From Nemertoderma westbladi (Eukaryota; Animalia; Xenacoelomorpha), in NCBI GenBank assembly GCA_032718475.1, contig JAUCBJ010006571.1, positions 1-40,091 of the forward strand: a stretch of DNA of 40,091 nucleotides, given 5' to 3'. The notes beneath the pieces are model-generated. The model saw only the letters and a program-made list of their open reading frames with translations, searched no databases and was not told where the DNA came from. Position numbers and translations under genes: made by a program. Below, piece by piece: positions 36,069-40,091 of this stretch. Each line of letters opens with the position of its first letter. The first letter of the stretch is position 1.

Positions 36069-38318
36069 AACAACAAGTTAAAGGTTCCTCGAGCGGAGTT
36101 AAAGGCGGCTTTATACGCTACAGCCATCGGCCGGAAAGTAACGGAACAAATCGACTATCCACTGGAGAAAACGGTTTATTGGACTGACGCTTTACTCGTG
36201 TTGGAGTATCTAACCAATGAAGCCTGTCAGTTCAGCGTTTTTGTTACTAACAGAGTAGCTATTATTCTTAGTCGCACAAAGATAGATCAATGGAGACATT
36301 GCCCTGGTACGATTAATCCAGCCGATATCGCTTCCAGGGGAGCAACTCCACAGGAACTGATAGATACTCCAGATTGGTTGGGTGGACCCAACTTCCTGAG
36401 CAAGGAAGAGGATGAATGGCCTCCTCACCTTACTACGGCGGAGATTAGACAAGCCAAGGGAGCGGAGACAGTCAAACCTAAAACCCGGGCGAGTAAATCG
36501 AAGTTATTTAAACCGACTATCGATCTATCTGTATTACATACTTCCGGGAATGATGCTTCGGATCCACAATCCCTCAACACAAATAAGTCTGTTGTGGAAA
36601 TTAGAGATAAAGATTGGAAATCTGGAATACCAGACGTCTCGCAAGGAATCTCACCCATGCTGCAGAGAGCAATGCATCACTACAGTTCCTGGAATCGGCT
36701 CTGTAAAGCCGTCACATATTTAAGACGATGTTTTCATCATCACTACTCCAGGACGAAGACCATTAGTGATAACGCTCCATTGACATCTGCACAAGTTCAT
36801 GTTATTAAAAATTTACCCAAATATAAGACATCTGACCGTTTTCTAAAGGAGAAAATTAGTCACCAGGAGCATGAAGAAACCAATAAGCAGATACTGAGAC
36901 TCCTGCAATGCTATGAGGATTCCGAAAAGTATTTCCTGTTGTTGAGAAATCCGCAGATGCGCTTAAGGGATCGATTCTCGAGCACAATGATAGATGGGTT
37001 AATACGTGTTGGAGGAAGACTCACCAATGCGCCCTTATCCTTTGACACCAAATTCCCCATACTTATTAGAAATCTTGAAGTACAAATCAAGATGATTGTA
37101 GATGTTCACAGTAAACTTTATCATGCTGGTAGAGAACGAATTCTTAGCGAAATTCGAACTCGCTATTATTTTGATAAACCCCGTAGAGCTCTGAACCAAG
37201 TTCTTAGGAACTGCATACCCTGTAGGAAAGCATTCAGTAGGCCTTTAACACAGCGAGAGGCAGAATTACCTAGGGAATGAGTAAGCTTCTATGAACCACC
37301 TTTTACTAATACTGGTGTAGATTTATTTGGCCCTATTGAAGTATATCGTGCTAGGACTATAGTCAAGAGATGGTGTGTCATCTTCGTGTGCATGACTTGT
37401 AGAGCCATCCATCTCGATATGGTGAACGATCTATCTACCAACAGCTTCGTCTTAAGTTTACGACGACAGATCGCTCGCTTAGGGACGAGTAATACCATGA
37501 GATCGGATAAGGGAATGAACTTCATTGGTGCCAACAACGAAATACAGGCTTACGTGAAGGACTGGAACCAAAGACAGGTGGACGACCAGCTAAGGATAAC
37601 AGCGTCTAGCTGGACCTTCAACGCCGCCGACGCCCCTTGGTGGGGAGGAAGTTGGGAGAGATTAATTCGAAGTGTCAAAACTGCATTTCACTTTATAGTG
37701 CCATGCTGCGCGTATCTCACCGACGAACTTTTACGGACATTAATGGAGGAAATCGCTGCCTATCTCAACGAGAGACCGCTTATGCCAGTCTCATCGAGTC
37801 CCGATTCCTTGGAAGCTCTAACACCCGCGCACTTCCTACTGAAGAAACCTGTAGCCATGCTCCCACGATCGGAGATTGCCGACGGAGACGAATACTGCCG
37901 TCGAACTTGGCAACTTATGCAGTTGCTATCCCGTCGTTTCGCTGACCATTTCGAAAAACATTATCTGCCCACGCTACAACTTCGAACTAAGTGATTTGCG
38001 CAGCAAGAAAACGTCAGCGCCGGAGATATGGTGCTTATTGTAGATCCAGACCTCCCACGTAAACGGTGGCAGACAGGTCGTATCATCGAGACCCACATCT
38101 CGGATGATGGTTTAGTACGCTCAGTAGAACTCATCGTCATGCGGCGTAACTTCAAGAAGCCAGGCATAATCTTTGAGACGCAACAACTCAATCGCCCAGT
38201 TGGTCGTTTATGTTTACTGGAAAGAGACAGAGAACTCTCCGGAAACTATGGAAGGCAAGACACTCTTCCCACGACCACCTCCCTAATTCCTCAAACATCT
38301 AGGGACTCCCCAACGTGA
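36069..38318 (+). pseudogene. BEL/Pao RNase H C-part and integrase (3' part)
   Basis: VPRAELKAA, YWTDA, FVTNRV, NPADIASRG, LIRVGGRL, H..H..C..C, GVDLFGP, RAIHLD, SDKGMNF, GSWERL, LTPAHFL, DGLVR; single frame with 2 TGA stops. Confidence 0.93.
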
Positions 38319-38325
38319 TACGTCT

Positions 38326-38659
38326 GGAGTGGGTGTATGACTATATTGTTTTATCTATTTTATTACATTTTTATATGCGAACTTTATTATGTACTTTATT
38401 ATAATCGTTTTTATTCAATTTTATTTAGTAGAATGTTATTTTAGTGATTATTTAGTGGATTAGTGCGATATATTAGTGTTTATTACGTACGTAATTACTT
38501 ATAATATATTTAGTGCGACGGCGAGAAAATAATTATTTTTTCTCTTTCCTTACTGTCCGTATCATATTGTAAATACGTGACTACAGTAAGATGAAATGTC
38601 CGTACTTAGTGAAGTACAATAAAGCCACTACTATATTCAAGTATTATTGGTAGGCAGAG
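38326..38659 (+). other. Candidate PPT (38326-38337), LTR-like segment (38338-38639) and tRNA-iMet PBS-like motif (38648-38659)
   Basis: GGAGTGGGTGTA just after the pol stop; TGACTATA...TATATTCA imperfect terminal inverted repeat with internal AATAAA (38618); then TGGTAGgCAGAG. No second copy seen in the window. Confidence 0.4.
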
Positions 38660-38865
38660 TATTAGGAATGCAAAGTTCAGATCCTCGTGTCTCGGCTAAA
38701 CCAAGCTCTGGGTAGACCTTGGAAACGACTTGCCTCTTCACACTGACATTGCTTCGTGCAATATTGCTCTTCTACCTTATATTAAATAATACATATAGTA
38801 GCGTGATGTCCCTCTAACAGTAGCGTAAAACGCAAATAAATCTGTTAAACCTTTTGACCATCTGT

Positions 38866-39140
38866 AATTCTAGTCGATTAAGATATCGCGGCACCCACCG
38901 ATATACTTGAAAGACAATTCTAGAATCAGTGGTTAATGTCCCCAGACAAGTTCTGGAATAAATCGGTGCCCATCTTAAATATTAATTTAATATTTATTAA
39001 AATCTGTAAAATTCAGATCCGTTAACAATTCTAGTCGATTAAGATATCGTAGCACTTACCGATACTCTTAAAAGACAAATTTCATAGAATTAAGGATCCT
39101 ATGTCCCCAGACCTGCTCTGGAATCAAATTGTGTCAATTT
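38866..39140. repeat. Diverged tandem duplication, period 161 bp
   Basis: AATTCTAGTCGATTAAGATATCG at 38866 and 39027, with shared downstream ATGTCCCCAGAC..TCTGGAAT. Confidence 0.85.
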
Positions 39141-39443
39141 TAACATCAAATAATAAAATTCACGGGAATAAATTTAAATTCATATTTTAAATGAATTTCA
39201 TAAATTGTCATTTTGTACAATTTATAACATTCCCAAAATTCCATTAATTAATAGATCATGGGAGCGGAGATTCATCCTATTGAGTGTATTAGAGTGAGAG
39301 AATCTCCAACATATAGTCAATAGCCGATAAAATTAATAAAATCATGCATAAAGAGGATATTGACAATTAAAGAATTATTATTAAATAGCATCCCAGATCT
39401 GTATGCATGAGAATTACCCTAATTCTACCGCTAGCTTTCCATA

Positions 39444-40091
39444 ATGTCACCATGGCATGAATTGGACTATCGAAAATTCACCACTCGCTATACGAATCGT
39501 AATGGTACGTATATGGACTTCTTAACGACCGGCCATCCTATCGATTTACATGATACGGACGATGTAGATACAGAGAGGGAAATGGTTCTATTTAAATATC
39601 ATACCCAGCGGAGTCGTAACGATAAACCGAGAATAGATCACGAAAATTCTATTCGTAATAGACTGGAAAGAGAAAACGTTGAAGAACCGGATAAACGCAT
39701 CGACTTCAACGAATACCTAGAATTTTTGAGAGAAACCTATCTCAACATCGCTAGTCAGCAGAACTTAGAGACTCGATACCCTCAAGGTATACATCACGAC
39801 CCTGTGGTAGAACTCAAACGGCTCTATTTCACTATGATGTATCTTACCGCCGATCGTCCACTACCTGTTATCCTGGATAGTTTTGAACAAATGGAAGAAT
39901 ATTGCAAAACTGGAGAACGTTCACCCGCGTTTCCTCTACAGGACATACGTCTTTGGTATTATTGTGACGAATGCCCTAGACCCAACCAACAAACTGAAAG
40001 ACACAAACATCCGCGGAGACGTTGCGCTAAACACAGCTTTACGCGTTACACTTACGGGAGTTTCGAGCGAAACCTGTTCGACGTACCACCT
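39444..40091 (+). CDS. Unknown protein, at least 216 aa, runs off window edge (not in ORF track)
   Basis: Hand translation from ATG 39444 is stop-free to the edge: MSPWHELDYRKF...WYYCDECPRP..RHKHPRRRCAKH...LFDVPP. Confidence 0.7.
   Translation, partial: MSPWHELDYRKFTTRYTNRNGTYMDFLTTGHPIDLHDTDDVDTEREMVLFKYHTQRSRNDKPRIDHENSIRNRLERENVEEPDKRIDFNEYLEFLRETYLNIASQQNLETRYPQGIHHDPVVELKRLYFTMMYLTADRPLPVILDSFEQMEEYCKTGERSPAFPLQDIRLWYYCDECPRPNQQTERHKHPRRRCAKHSFTRYTYGSFERNLFDVPP

Larger units (their letters stand above)
28329..38318 (+). mobile_element. BEL/Pao LTR retrotransposon gag-pol, disrupted, with nested LINE
   Basis: Domain order gag - triple Zn knuckle - PR - RT - RH - IN; four in-frame stops (28587, 29097, 37278, 37992); no matching LTR pair found in the window. 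Confidence 0.93.

Noticed and set aside
28587-37994. Programmed stop read-through or alternative genetic code in BEL
   Set aside because: Stops are mixed (TGA and TAA) and appear to replace different residues (for example R in PRERV, W in TKWF); TGG is used for Trp and PAXIP1 ends in TGA, so this is ordinary decay.

Overview
Eukaryotic (metazoan-like), AT-rich, transposon-dense genomic DNA; not prokaryotic and no CRISPR. One host gene is present: a 3-exon PAXIP1/PTIP orthologue (six BRCT domains, about 805 aa) on the minus strand at 12612-17695. Positions 1-5415 hold a tyrosine-recombinase (DIRS/Ngaro-type) retrotransposon with an unusual layout: gag, a 1.56-kb non-coding spacer with ten 56-bp tandem repeats, RT/RNase H, then a tyrosine recombinase on the OPPOSITE strand, convergent with RT. 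Positions 28.3-38.3 kb hold a BEL/Pao gag-pol with four in-frame stops, interrupted by a 5'-truncated CR1/L2-group LINE whose insertion removed part of pol. It is followed by a PPT/LTR/PBS-like segment and an unknown ORF running off the window edge. The rest is decayed LINEs, MITEs, DNA-transposon excision footprints and local duplications. All calls are by-eye motif recognition; no database searches were run.
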